Below, piece after piece: positions 40,925-54,596 of a stretch of DNA of 64,000 bases. Origin of the DNA: Macrostomum lignano (taxonomy: Eukaryota). Each line of letters starts with the position of its first letter. Position 1 is the first letter of the stretch. Location of the stretch: assembly GCA_002269645.1 (NCBI GenBank), contig NIVC01001824.1, positions 110,073-174,072 of the forward strand. The letters are read 5' to 3'. Below the pieces are notes generated by a model. The model made no database searches. It had not been told where the DNA came from and worked only from the letters and a program-made list of their open reading frames with translations. Position numbers and translations under genes: made by a program.

Positions 40925-43900
40925 ATTGATTAGTAAGAAATTTTTCACTGAAATTCAAATAAGTTAAACAATTATATTATAGTACTATGCCAATAATGAT
41001 AACCTTATTTAGTTTATAGCGATATATGCATATATATTATATAACATATAAATTCTAAAGTTTAGTCTATTTTTTATCTTTGACATTATTTTCTAAAATG
41101 AAATAACAGAACAACAAACCAATTTTGCAGGACTTTTTAAACTTAACTTAAAATGGTAGTTACTATGTTGTATGTGCCATATTTGATGCCAAAATGACTG
41201 CCAATTGGGCTGTATCTGAGAGTGCAATAGTTTTAAACAAATTTTTAATTATTGTTGTATATGTATATGCTTACAAGTTATCATCAAACTTAGATACTTT
41301 ATTGTATTCTGCCATTGTGGAGTCTGGCTCTGAATGAAGAAGACAATTTATGTGGGTGTGTGTGTGTGCAGTGTGAGCCTCGCAAGCCAGCTCGATCTTA
41401 GTTCATAGTTGCTTGCAGAGGCCCTATGCCTAGACTGTTTTAGCGGCTTGCAAAATTTTAGCTTGCAAGTTTTTTACTTTATGCACTGAATATATTTATA
41501 AGCAAGTCTAGTTCTAGTAGGCCTAGGAATTAGTATAGTTACTAAACCTACAATAATAGCTTAAGAGTAAGAGTACCTATATGCAATGTTTTTATAACAA
41601 ATATACTTTATTTAAAAAAGAACAACACAAAAAGTTGGCTAATGCCACTTGTGAGTATTTGCAACTTTGGGCTTATGAAATAAAGTGAAAACAATATGAA
41701 AATGAAAACTTCACTACACAGCTATATGAAAATATAATAGAATAACATGTTGTGCATGTTGAATTAAAGAATGGTAGTCTTCACTGTCCCAGATCAAATA
41801 CAATCACTGATTTTGTGACGAAAAACTGATTTTTTTCCTATCTTCGCAGTGTATTTTTTCCAGGAAATCGTGGCCTTCAAAAAATTGCATGATCTTTGAG
41901 TTTTACATCCTGTTAGTCTAGAAGTCCTTGCCTTTAACATCTTCAGCCCGCCTTGAACTGTTTGATCTATCTGTAAACTGTTTGTCGACTGATGGAATTA
42001 GGACTGTGAATGTGGGTCAGGTTTTTGCAAATTTCAGGGCATTTCTGACCAAGACTCCAAAGTGTAAAAGTTGCATGTCTCCGCCCTTCTGTAGAGTGAA
42101 TGTTAGGGTCCATGACTGGAACAAATCTTATAGCTACTGTCTTGCAACTCTGCTTGATCAGCTCTACTTGTGGCTTTTTTCTGAATGAGCATAGAAGCAC
42201 TATGCGGTGTATATTTCTATGGCCAAGGGTATGCAAACAAATGCATGTTGCTTATAGAAGGAAGCACTTATAAAGATTGGACTTGCATGGCATGAAAGCT
42301 AAAATAAGCCACTAACTTTTAAGGCATACAATTTTTTTATCATATATTAATACTTGTAGAAGCAACCAAAAGTGACACTACTTCTGGGACACCCCTTGTA
42401 TATGCTATTGACTAGAATTAATATATATTAAAAATTAAGACAGCTTATATTAAGAAGGTTCATGCATATATACTATCATATACATATAAGATAATGAAGG
42501 CAAATAGTTTAATTGCTAAATTCCAAGGTGCCAAGGTATAAGACCAAGACTAGCTCACACCAAAAGGTCCAAGACTGCCACATTTGGGGGAGCTAAGGGG
42601 AGGAATTTGGCTCAATGTGTGATTAGATAGTGCTAAAGAAGAGATAAGTGGATAGAAGAACCAGCAAGACAATGCTGCAAGAAAGGATCCTATGAGAGGA
42701 ATAGCAATGCTAGAAGATTAGTAGCTCTCCTCAATAGTAGTAGCCAATGCAGTAATAGCTATGGCAGTCTTGGTGGGATGCATGAAAATTTGGCAATAAA
42801 CAAATTTGGTGACAGAAATTTTGCATGGACAAATTTGGCAAAAATTTAGGCACATTTGGCAGCAAGTCTTTTTTAAGTCTGATTTATCAATCGCAACCAA
42901 GGCTTCAGATATAAGCCATTTGCTATCAGACCAACCAGTCACTAGTCAGATTGTCATATTCCATTTTGTCATATTGGATAATGAAGTGACCAAAAGCAAA
43001 AGAGCTTTGAAAAAATAATTTGACAAAGTTACCAAATATTTAGTTATGCTAGATACTTTGTCATCAACCATGACAACCAATCAATCTATGAGAGATTTGA
43101 GTTAGTATAAACTATTTTTGTTTTTATCAACTATAAGCTACGGCAAGTAGAACTGATCAATCGACATGTTTTTTTAATTGAGATGACAAAATGACTGGGA
43201 TCATTAGGATTTCAAGTATATATGTTTAATTGCCATATTAATTCACTTGGAAGTTAGAACTAATATGATTGGTAGATGACAAAATGATTCTCTTCAGGTA
43301 GTGCATGCTAATTTAGATGACAAAGTGACCCTAGTTGAGGTGAGCACTAGACATTGGATGGGATTGAAATCTTTGAGTGGGATTGGGATTGGGAATAACT
43401 TTTTTTTGGGATCGGGATCAAGATTTGGGAATTGGGATCAGGTCTTTTAGTGTATTGTAGTTTGTAGGTCCATGTAAAATAAAACAAAATTGAGCAAAAA
43501 ATGTCAAGATCAAAAGTAAAACACAACAAAATTAATGCAAAGTTTTGTAACAAACAAAGTGATAATATAGGCCTAATGAATATAAGCCCTATAGGAAAAA
43601 GTTGTAAAACCGCGGATGGTGTCTGGCACACTTTTGAAATTTTTCTAAAGCGCAGCACGCGCACAGGCACAGCACCTGCGCATTCGCTGCCCTTTCTTAC
43701 TGGCTGCTGCTCTAGCAAATACATATACATGGAAATGGGGGGTCTATGAAATTTGCTTGCGAGAAGTTTGCTTGCCAAAGTTTGCTTGTGGGACTTTTGC
43801 TTGCGGAATTTTGCTTGCCAAAGTTTGCTTGCCGAAGTTTGCTTGCAGAATTTTGCTTGCCGAGGTTTGCTTGCGGAATTTTGCTTGTGGAATTTTGCTT

Positions 43901-46147
43901 GCCAAAGTTTGCTTGCCGAAGTTTGCTTGCGGAATTTTGCTTGCTGAAGTTTGCTTGCCGAGCTTTGCTTGTTGAACTTTGCTTGCCGAAGTTTGCTTGC
44001 CAAGCTTTGCTTGTCAAACTTTGCTTGCCAAAGTTGGCTTGCCGAATTTTGCTTGCAGGAAATTTGCTTGCTGCACATAAGCTTGCCGAAGTTTGCTTGT
44101 GGAATTTTGCCTGCCGAACTTTGCTTGCCGAATTTTGCTTTAATTTCGATTTTATAATAATTTGTATAATAATGTAACACTCGTTATCTCCATGGAACTT
44201 TGGGTTCTATTTTAGCTTTCGTTCCTTGGTGACAAGTACACTACTACTAGTACTCGTGCAAATCCGCTAGTCCAAGTTTGTTTACATTTTTATACAATTA
44301 ATATTAGTATATGCATTCATTAGCATCACTACAATTATCATCCTGCTCAGTGCTGAAATCAGAAACTAAAAAGATTTATACTATTACTGATCCCTAACTA
44401 CCTATATTGAATCTCTAATCATTATACATGTCGTATATACTAATTGTTAGAATGAAACTCAGTGGCGCGTCCAAGGGGGGGGGGCCAGGGGGGGCCTGGG
44501 CCCCCCCCCCTGTTAGGCCACAGGCCCCCCCACTTTCAGTTCTGACTTCTGAATGTCGAATTTTTCAAAAAAAGTTGAAAAACCTTTTTTTTATAATTTT
44601 AATTTTAGAAACAATACTACTTACTATACTAGAAGTTTTTACACGAGCATAACTTTACATGGGTACATTATTCTTTACTTTCTGATCTGATAGTATGGCA
44701 AATTTTGTTTCGTTTGTTTTTATAGTATCTGTCGGTGTTTTGGTTTTGTCTAACTTTAATTATAAAGTACATCACCTCTCAGACTTTATTGTTTTTATCT
44801 AACTGTTCAGTCTATATGGCTATATCCTTCCAACCCCCCAACCCCCTCCCCCACGTGTATAGCCTAACACTTGCACTGGGACAGGGAAAGGAGAGATAGG
44901 ACAGACAGAAAGGGAAGGGAGAAGCGCGCTGATAAATGTACATTTGGACAGGGACAAAGAGTTAAACCATCGTACATTCAGACAGTGTGTAAAAGACTAC
45001 AGAGCATTGCCCCTCTGCCCCTTAAGATTTAAGTCACACTAGCTACTGCTGTCTTAAGTCTTAAGGTTCAAAAAAACTGAAATGTATTTCAAGAATTGAA
45101 TTAAAGAAGCCTGGCCAACAATGCAGAGGCCTGATATTCGAAGTTTTTTAAAAAGACCTAGTTCAGACCCGCAAGAAGATGAAGGTCCAGGCGAAAAAAA
45201 CGATAGCCAGGCGAAAAGGCATAGGGATCAACCAAGTGCCATCTCTACGATTGCGGATCAGGAGTCTGAACAGGATGCTCAACTGACTGGCTCTGAAACA
45301 AATTTTCCTGGCACTCCTGTTCTAGTTGAGACAGCTACTGCTGCCACTGCCACAGAGTCAGCCTCAAAAAATAGAACGATTGAGCAACCTTCTTCGAAGG
45401 CCCTGTGTGATATTTCCCAGAATAAGGACAATCCACCCTGTCAGACATTTTTGCGGAACTACCCAAAATCAGTTGGAACTTCAGGCGGTAAGTGAACAGT
45501 TATTTACATAATACTGTTTGTGCTAATGGTTACTAGTGGCTAGTGCTAGTGGCTAAGGCTAGCTATACTGATATAGATGTATAAAAGTTATTTGTAAAAA
45601 TTCTTCACAGGAACGGATAAGGCAAAGCAAAAGTCCCATTCATTTCAATTCTCGTGGTTTGAGACTTACAAGTGGCTTGAGTATTTGCAAATGAAGGATT
45701 CTGCTGTTTGCTTTCCCTGTCGCCACTTCGCACCTCCATCTATGCAAGAAGAGCCATCTTTTACTACTCAGGGATTCCGCAACTGGAAAAATGCTCAGTG
45801 TCAGGATGCAGGCTTTAAAAAGCATGCCCGCTCTCATTGCCACAGTTTAGCAATGCAAGCATGGTGTGACTACAAAGTAATGAAAGACACTGAAGGAACT
45901 GTATTGAAACAGCTTGATGCTACGTACAAAGCTAAGGTAGCTGAGAACAGGCACTTCATCAAGTGTGTAGGAGAAGTATTACTTCTTACAGCAACTCAAA
46001 ACATCGCCCAAAGGGGCATCGCGAAAATGATGAGCAAGTAAGTCCTGGAAACTTCAAAGCATTATTGAAGCTGATTGGCAGGCACGACGAAATAATAAAG
46101 AAGAAGATATCTGAACAGAAGAAGAATGCAAAGTACACGAGTGACAC

Positions 46148-48697
46148 CCCTAGATGAAGTTCTGTTTACTCATTCTTGGCAGATCTGTTCTTACTTAAAT
46201 TTCTTAACAGATCTGTGAATTTTGGTTAACACATTCTTAACAGATCTGTTCTTACTTAAATCTCTTAGCAGATCTGTATCTGCTTTTGTCTTACAAGATC
46301 TTACAAATCTTTGCAAGCCATTTTTTATTGTTTGGTATGTAAAAAACATTTGTGATTTTTTAGAAAATACTTATGAGGTAAAGAGAAAACAAAATTTCTA
46401 ACTGTATATCAGACAAAAGACTTTCGTATATTTTCACATTTCTCTGCTGGATCTTGTCAGATCAGTTCTTGCAGATCTGTACAGACCAGTTTTGAAAAGT
46501 GTCTGAATTGTTTTTTTCCACAAAATATTTAACATAATAGTAATTACGTTTTTTTAATGATTTGTATTTATTTTAGTTGTTCTTCTGGCAGCCAACAGTA
46601 AATGAATTTGTTTAAATATTCTTTCCGCAGTTCTGAACATAGTGGACCCTTATAGTTTGAATTCTCACTCTTGCAATATCCATCATCTCACTTCTTTCTT
46701 TTGACTTAGCCGAATACGTAATTTTTAATTCCTTAAATTGTTTCATAGTGTAGTATCACTATTTTTTACTTTTTTAGCCATAATAACTTTTTTGATTAAG
46801 TATAGCTATGGCTTTCAATGAAGAGCAGATCGCGTCATCAATTAAAAAAATTTGACATAATTGACAGACTGACTATAAAATGTATGATATGCTATATATA
46901 TATCTATATCATATATATATCTAGGCTTGTTTCCTACTCCCAGGCCTATAAGTATGAGTAGGCCTAGGCCTATGACTTTGTTCTATGCTTTAATAGAAAC
47001 AGAATGCATGTCTAGACCTAGTGATGTTGTCCATTAATAATTCATTAATCCATTAATAATTCAGAAATTCAGTTACATACATAGATCAGTATTTTTATAG
47101 TCTTTTGCATTTCATTATATTATATTTATTTATACATACCTAGTTCTAGCCCCTAGGCTAGGGCTAGGCTAGTTCTAGTGACCTAGCTAGTAAGTAAATC
47201 TTAATTAAATAGGTCTATTCTGTTTTTGTTTGTTTTATATATGCTTATCTAGATTTATAAATAGGTAGACTGACATATCTGTAAAACTTGGTTTTAATCC
47301 CTCCTTGATTTTAAACACTTAGGTTAAGAGTGTAATGTCTATTTTTAGTAAATAGTGTTATAACTAGGCTTATCATTTTAATTTTAAAATAAAATAGGCC
47401 CTACTCTACTAAAAATTGTAATTGCTATATAGAGTATAGTTTTTCTAAATTAGAATTAAACCTGGATGCTTAAATATAGGCTTATGGTTGTTAGAAAGTT
47501 ATCTTAAGCCTTGACCTACTATTTGAAGATTATAGATAGGCATAGCAAAATCTAAAGTTATTTATACTAGATAGGCCTAGATAAATAATATGAAAAATAT
47601 AGAATAGAAGAAAAACAGGTCTAAATTTAATTAGACCAAAGAACTTTTACAAAAGTTATTACTCTGACTATTTAAAAACATAACAATGATATTTATTTTA
47701 TGTTTTAGTTATTTTGAATTGAATATTAATGTTTAAAATCCTAGAACTTTACTACAATTTTCCCTTTCATTGCAGCTACTTTACATGGTCAATATGGCAT
47801 CGCTACTTATGGGTTCCAAGCTTGTCTTTATACCAAATGGCAAAGTGGCAAGCATCCTATGATTGCTAAAAGAAAAAATGAAGCCAGCCTAAAGTAAAAA
47901 TGCAACATGATAAAGAGCCCTAAAGTATTACTAAGAGCTCTTATAGACCTACTTTTATTGATAACAAAGTAAGCTTTCTAGCAATATTGACTTTAAAATC
48001 TTTTAGTACTGGACTCTTTCAGTTTCAATTATTTGCAAACCAATTTAATTGTACATTGTAATAAAAGATGCACCTGGTTTTTTTCAAATGTTTCTGCTTC
48101 TATTTTTTAGTTTCTAAAAGTATTGCTCACCCTAATTTTATTAGTCCATTGTACCATTAGTATTTTTTCTATTGAATGTGTGCTTAACTTTTGTTTTGAA
48201 GTTGACTTATTTTTTGCTTGTGCCATTTCCCTTGTGCATACAAGTTTTATTTCATGAGCATATATGTGTATTTGTTTACATTTTCACAAATAAATATGTC
48301 TACTTTATTTTAATTGTTCAATGACATTTGCTTTTGTTCTGGCAGCTTACTAGCACAATACTAAAAGTGCAGAATCAAATAAGAAAGTCCTGTCATAACT
48401 CGTGTTCTTTATTGGAATTAAATTAGTGCATTGGGGTTTTATAAATGGATTACTAAACAGATCTTGGAAGATTTGATAAGACGGACAATGCATTCAATTG
48501 GTAAAGCTTAATACATCTTACAAGATCTGCCCAGATCTCCTAAGATCTGCTCGTGCAGACCGTGCAAGATCTTCCTGCAGATCTTGTAAGTTCTGCCTAT
48601 ATATTTTAATAGTGCAGATCTGTTACATTCTTGCAAGAACGTAGCGAGAAGCTCCAGACAGATCTGCTAAGAAATGGCATGACGATTTCATCTAGGG
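46148..48697. mobile_element. non-autonomous EnSpm/CMC-type element inserted in the hAT transposase
   Basis: Perfect 11-bp TIR CCCTAGATGAA / TTCATCTAGGG. 2-bp TSD AC; removal restores AGT GAC ACA ATT (SDTI). Many subterminal AGATCT repeats. AT-rich non-coding interior. Confidence 0.9.
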
Positions 48698-48939
48698 ACA
48701 ATTCAAAATGAAGTTATTAACATTCTGGCAGACATGGTCCATGATGTTGTTGTAAATGATATCCAAGAAGCCAAATATTTTTCTGTGATTGTAGATGAGG
48801 CCAAGGATATTTCTAAGGTTGAAATGATCTTAATCATTCGTTTCTACAAGCATTCAGAAGGAGTGCAGGAAGTCTTTATGGAATTTAAACCTGCCTCAGG
48901 ACTATCTGCCCAATCACTTGCTAACTCACTAGTAGAAAG

Positions 48940-50078
48940 TAGTGTTCCGCCGCCGCGAGTTTTGACCTCCGTAACCGTAACCGTAGCCGTAAGAAAGAAG
49001 CAACTTCCGTAGTCGAATTTTGCCGTCATTATGGGCTAAAAAAGTCCGTAACCGTAATTTGCCGTAACCGTAGCCGTAATGTATAACAAAAATTGATATT
49101 TTTGCATGAAAAGTAGGGCAGACAGAAAAGGACAGATAAAAAGGATAAAAGGATAGCAATAAAACCTACTTGTTGTTCGTTCATGCATTAATATTCATTT
49201 ATTTTTTCGTAAATATAATATCTTTATCGAAGTATTCTATAGCATTGCTGTATGCAATTGTGTGCTTGGTGCCTTTTTCAGTTTTCTGTGTCGTGATTCT
49301 GTTTTGTTTTGCTACAATATGAATATATGACTGACGTGCCAAGGTCAATGTGTATGTTTAATATCATTAAATAAATATATGAATTTGTTCAAATAAAACT
49401 GCTTCAAAATTTCCGATGACTAAGAAATTGCATGTTACATTTTTCATTTTCATTTTATTGCATTGTCTATTGTATTGTCTTCTTTGGTTTCAATCAATTT
49501 TCAATCATAATTCATATTCTTATCCTATTAGTATTTATTTAGTATTTCCTTATTAATATTCTTTCATCCTTATCCTCATAATCTAAATCTAATATCCTAT
49601 TTTTATGCTAAGGAGCTAAATGCTACATATGGCTAAGAAATAAGAATGCCAGATTCTTAGTCTCTTGTAGGCTTTGACTGGCTCTCTCTGTCTCGCTGCT
49701 ATCATGCTATCGCTATGCTATGCTATGCCGTATGCCTAATGAGAAAATTCGTGAAAAAAATTCGTTTTTCATTTTCTAGAAGTTTCGCAGATATTTAGAA
49801 ACTTAACAAATGTAAAAAATAATAATAACTAGTAAAACAAAATGAAAACTGGTTGAAGTTGATATAAAAAAATTCTTTTATAACACTAAACAGTTAAAAA
49901 TAAATAATTTTTGTTACGGCTACCAATTACGGCAAGTCTAGAAAAATCTCCATAATCCGTAACCGTAACCGTAAGCTCAAAATATGTCCGTAACCGTAAT
50001 CCGTAATGAAAATACGGCTTCAAAAGTGTCGTAGCCGTAATTTGCCGTAGCCGTAGCCGTAATTACGGCGGAACACTA
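48940..50078. mobile_element. hAT-type MITE inserted in the hAT transposase
   Basis: Perfect 13-bp TIR TAGTGTTCCGCCG / CGGCGGAACACTA. 8-bp TSD GTAGAAAG (48932-48939 / 50079-50086). Subterminal CCGTA(A/G) repeats. Confidence 0.93.
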
Positions 50079-53000
50079 GTAGAAAGCCTTTAGAAATATG
50101 GCCTAGACACCGGATTTCTAGTTGGCCAAGGCTATGATAGAGCCTCAGTGATGAGCGGAGTTCATAATGGGCTCCAAAAGCTGATTTGAGACAAGTCGGA
50201 ACTTGCAATTTAGGTACACTGCTATGCACACTGCCTGAATCTATGTCTTGTTGATGCTTGCAAATCAGTGCCCAAGATTGAGGACTTCTTTTCTCTTGTG
50301 CAGAAGCTCTACTGTTTTATGTCAAACTCAGTTGTTCATCCTCAGTTTATTGACCACCAGAAGAAACTCTATCTTGGAAAGCCAGCCTTAGAGCTTCAGC
50401 GCCTCTCAGACACGAGATGGGCCTGTAGAGAGAAGGCGTGCAACAATATTCGTAATTGTATTGGCGCGATTCTTTCCGTTTAAAAGAAATTAAGGAGCAG
50501 GACTCCGAAGATCGTGTTGTTGAAGCCACTGGAATTTTAGCTTAGTTGACCCGAAGCTTCGTACTAAGGCTAGTTCTCATGTGCGAAATTCTGACTTGCA
50601 CAAAGGCACTATCGGATTTCCTTCAACAAAAAGATTTAGACCTTTTAAAGATTGACTGCCTATTGTCGGAAATGTGACGAAGATTTGACCATGAAACAGC
50701 TGTTCTCTATAAGGGAATTGGTTCTCTAAAGCCAAACTCGGACTGTTTTTTGGATGCTTCACAGCTGGAGGATTTAGGAGGCCTATTCAAATGTGACCAA
50801 GAGTTCCTGAAACTTGAGGTCATTCAAGTAAAGCGTCTGATTGAGAGAAAGGGCGATGGCAGCTTGACTGATTTAAAAGCATTTGCTGAGATGTTGCACC
50901 CATTCAGAGAGGTTTTCCCTGAGTTGTACAAGCTTCTCATCATATGCTTGACAATTCCAGTAACAACAGCATCAGCGGAGCGCAGTTTTTCCAAAATGCG
51001 CCTGATCAAGACGTACTTGAGAAGTCGAATGTCATCTTCTCAACTTTTGAATCTGGCTCTTTTGTTGATTGAAAATGAGCGAGCATCAATAATTGATCTT
51101 GACTGTTTTGTTGATGAATTTGCGTCTGCCCATTCTAATAGGCGAATAAGTCTTACATGATTTTATGACTTATTTTGCTCGCTAAGACATTTTACATTTG
51201 CTACGGCCACTTGACTAATGTATGTACATGTATAGTATTACAGCATATGTATGTTGCTTTTTGCGTTTTTATTCTGTACATACTTCATTTATGTACGTTA
51301 CATTACTTGTCATTTTTCACTTCATTGTCATTGCTACTAATTGCTACCTGTTTCATGTATCGTTCAAAGGTATACGAATGTACATGTATGCACATTGATC
51401 AAATTGGCTGATTTCTTTTAAATTATGTATATATATCTATTAAATAATATGTATATATGCATGCATTCATGTTAAAGTCTATTGTTATGTTATGTATGGT
51501 GATTGTTAGGAAGTGGGTGGTAAAGTGTTACTGTAAATTCATATTCAAGTTCATTCTATGCTGACATGTTTTCACTAAACCTATCATCGATCATCAAATG
51601 TACTTTATGCACCATACACGCATACTCAGCAAGACAAGTGTCCCCATCCGTTTCTCAGGAGAATTTTGTCTCTCAGTTGAGTGGCGAATTGATCCAACAG
51701 TTCGACCATAGACAAATTACAATTACAAAAACTGTCTATCCATAGAGATCTAGCTTAGATTTCTATGGTCTGGTCTATCAGACTCTATCTCGATGTATCT
51801 CAATGCGCATACATGTATCAGAATAAATGTCTATGGCCTAGAGTCTCCAATTTGTCACCATCTCTCTGATTGTTTGTCACTCAAACAGAGAGATGAAATT
51901 CTGCCAAGAGAAGTGTGGACAATTTTGTCTTGCTGGGTTATATATATGCTTTCTATTATTAATGAGGCCATTGAAAAATGCATCAAAAATTTTAAACATT
52001 GGCATTTCTTACTTTTTATAATAATAAAAGTTCAATGTGTAGTAAATGCATGAAATCTTCTGATGGAGTAACCAACAGAGTTTTTTGACGAGAATCTGCT
52101 GGAAAAAGTAATATGCATGCATTTGTGTTTAAAGTCTTCCAATTACAAAACTAAACAACTTGACAGAGCAAAAAATATTCAGAAGCATTTTCTTGGGCAA
52201 AAAAAACAATAACCATTTAGTGATTTAGAATGTTCATTTTTCTTAAATCAACTAAACAATTGCAATCATTCATTGCGAGGTATTTTTGGATGTCATTTTT
52301 GCTTTTCGATAAAAATTTCCTCTTACAATACTTGTCATTAAAAAACGTACACTCTATTCAAGATGTTGCCCCTTCAGTTTTTACTGGGCCCCAACTGCCC
52401 CCCCCCCCCCCCCTATCCTGAAACCTCTGGACGCGCCCCTGATGAAACTCTATACACCTAGTTTGAAAGCTTAGTATCAAGTCAGTTTATGTCAACGCTG
52501 ATAAGAATCCACTTGCAAAGCAACTGTAGTATGTAATAATTGACTGACCAACTTCACAAGCCATCAAACAAGCAAGCAAACAAGAAAATAATTCGGCAAG
52601 TTAAAACCTTGCAATTGTGATTGCGAATTTTTAGGAACCAGACATCAAAATTCCACAAGCAAACTTTGGCAAGCAAAATTCTGCAAGCAAACTTCGGCAA
52701 GCAAACCTCGGCAAGCAAACCTCGGCAAGCAAAATTCCTGCAAGCAAATTTCCTGCAAGCAAAGTTTGGCAAGCAGACTTCGGCAGGCAAAATTCAGCAA
52801 GCAAAGTTTGGCAAGCAAAGTTCGGCAAGCAAAATTTTGCAAGCAAAGTTTGGCAAGCAAACCTCGGCAAGCAAAATTCTGCAAGCAAAGTTCGGCAAGC
52901 AAAGTTTGGCAAGCAAAATTCCTGCAAGCAAAGTTCAGCAAGCAAACTTCCCACAAGCAAACGTTGTACTCTTGGAAATGGGTATAATACCTCTGTTGAA

Positions 53001-53738
53001 AGGGCTTATACACTTGTAATTTATTAAGCTTAGAGATGTTCCAAAAATTCAATTTCAATTTTCCAAAATTTGAAATTTTTTAGAGCAAATTTCAATTTCA
53101 AAAAAAATTTAGAAGTGAAAATTTTGGTTGTGTCTAAAAAGTTGCTAAAAATAAACTACTTTCTACTACATATACATGTATTACTTTTTGCTTAAGCAGT
53201 AAATTTAAAGTAAAAAAGTGAATGTTGATCATACTAAACTTTGTTTTTCTGAATTATGATTTTGGGAAATTTCAATTTTGATTTTGGAAAGTTAGTGAAT
53301 TTTGATTTCGACGAAACTGCAGATCTTTTGGAACATCTCTAATAATCGTAAAGCGTGGTAAAATAGTTTGACTCTTTTCTAAAGCGCGCATCTGCGAGTT
53401 TTTAACATTTATTCCAATTTCCAATAGGGAATATAAGTTAAAACAAAATACATTCATTGTTTAAGTAATCACTAATTCTATAAACTTTTGATCAAAAGAC
53501 CTATTCCCAATTCTTGTGTTTTTTAAGGTTGGGATCCTGGTCCTGCCACTCCTGCAGGAATACAATTTTCCCCTTGGGATCCTAGGATTTTAGGATTGGG
53601 ATCGGGATCCAATTTGACCTCTAATGAGCATCCCAGACACCCTAGATAACAAAATGACTAGGAACTGACTAACCTTTATCCCCTTTTGGCTTTGTTAATA
53701 GTACAACACAGTACTTAAGTAGTAAGAAATATTGGTAG

Positions 53739-54219
53739 CCAGCATGGAATTCTTGCATCTGGCATATAAAACGGAAAATTGCGACTTTTTTTGGCGCGCA
53801 ATTCCATATTGAACCAAATGCAATTTTTACAATCTTAAACAAAATTTAGTGGCGCAATTTTTGGCATTACCAATTGTCAAAATAATGTTTTGTGATAGTC
53901 TCATCCTCCCATTTTCATATGACTCATTACAATAAATAGAAGACTGATTATCTTTGTTTTTTGAGTTAAAATTTTTAAATTTGAACAGTTCGTAAATAAT
54001 GAACAATAAAATGTTACATTTTTGTAGTAATTCTACATTTATTACTGTAAAGTCGGTAATTTAAACTGTGCAAATAGTCGCAAAAGAATTCGCAATTTTT
54101 GTCGCATTTTTTGCAGCCTGTATAGGTGCGCAATTTCTTTTTGCGTTGCGCAATTTTTTGCAATTTTTTTCCTGAACGCAAAAACGCGTTGCAATTTTCA
54201 TGCAAGAATTCCATCCTGG
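53739..54219. mobile_element. hAT-type MITE, 481 bp
   Basis: TIRs CCAGCATGGAATTCTTGCAT / ATGCAAGAATTCCATCCTGG (1 mismatch). 8-bp TSD ATTGGTAG (53731-53738 / 54220-54227). Confidence 0.9.
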
Positions 54220-54596
54220 ATTGGTAGTAATATTACTAAGAAATAAAGAACTAGAAAGGAGGAAAACAAAATAGATCTAGCAATACATTTACAGTAGCAA
54301 AGGCTATGACCCTTTGATCCTAGAGGCAATGGCTAGAGTTCTGGCACCAGAACCCATTTTCTAATGGCTATGGATCTGGCAATGGTATTTCAGTAGTGCA
54401 ATTTATGGGTATAATATAGTATAGTAAACATTTTAAATTTTTGACCGGTTGTTGATATTGGGATTTAGTTCAAGATAAGATCAAAACGAAACAATGAGAT
54501 TCAAAACATGATACTTTTAATGTTCAAATACTTAATTAGTAGATAACTGTCTGCAGAAGACTGCCAGATCCATAGCCATTAGAAAACAGGTTCTAG

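Larger units (their letters stand above)
45121..51160 (+). pseudogene. hAT transposase (ZMYM1/DUF4371 type) with one intron (45488-45610), frameshifts, stops and two nested insertions
   Basis: TTF-type zinc finger (SFQFSWFETYKWLEY..AVCFPCRHF), RGHRE..GNFKALL, KYTSD|TIQNE split by an insertion, VDEAKDIS, GQGYD, HCYAHCLNL, LSDTRW, and C-terminal dimerisation motif PVTTASAERSFSKMRLIKTYLRSRM. Confidence 0.93.
44460..52441 (+). mobile_element. hAT DNA transposon (formerly autonomous), disrupted by two insertions
   Basis: 8-bp TSD ATGAAACT (44452-44459 / 52442-52449). TIRs CAGTGGCGCGTCCA / TGGACGCGCCCCTG. Internal transposase. Confidence 0.95.
43740..52972. mobile_element. MULE/foldback-type non-autonomous element with long, internally repetitive TIRs
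   Basis: Direct repeat TGGAAATGGG at 43730-43739 and 52973-52982 (9-10 bp TSD). Left arm of TTTGCTTGC units (43750-44140) mirrors the right arm of GCAAGCAAA units (52640-52962). About 1.24 kb once the hAT insertion is removed. Confidence 0.78.
43348..53623. mobile_element. outermost, old hAT-type non-autonomous element of the nest
   Basis: Ends TAGA.../...TCTA. Degenerate 8-bp TSD GTGAGCAC (43340-43347) / ATGAGCAT (53624-53631). GGGATC/GATCCC-rich subterminal repeats at both ends. Confidence 0.45.

Noticed and set aside
43347-53058. KQ-rich and FAC/LLAE-repeat ORFs at 43.3-44.2 kb and 52.5-53.1 kb
   Set aside because: Translations of the repetitive TIR arms of the foldback element.
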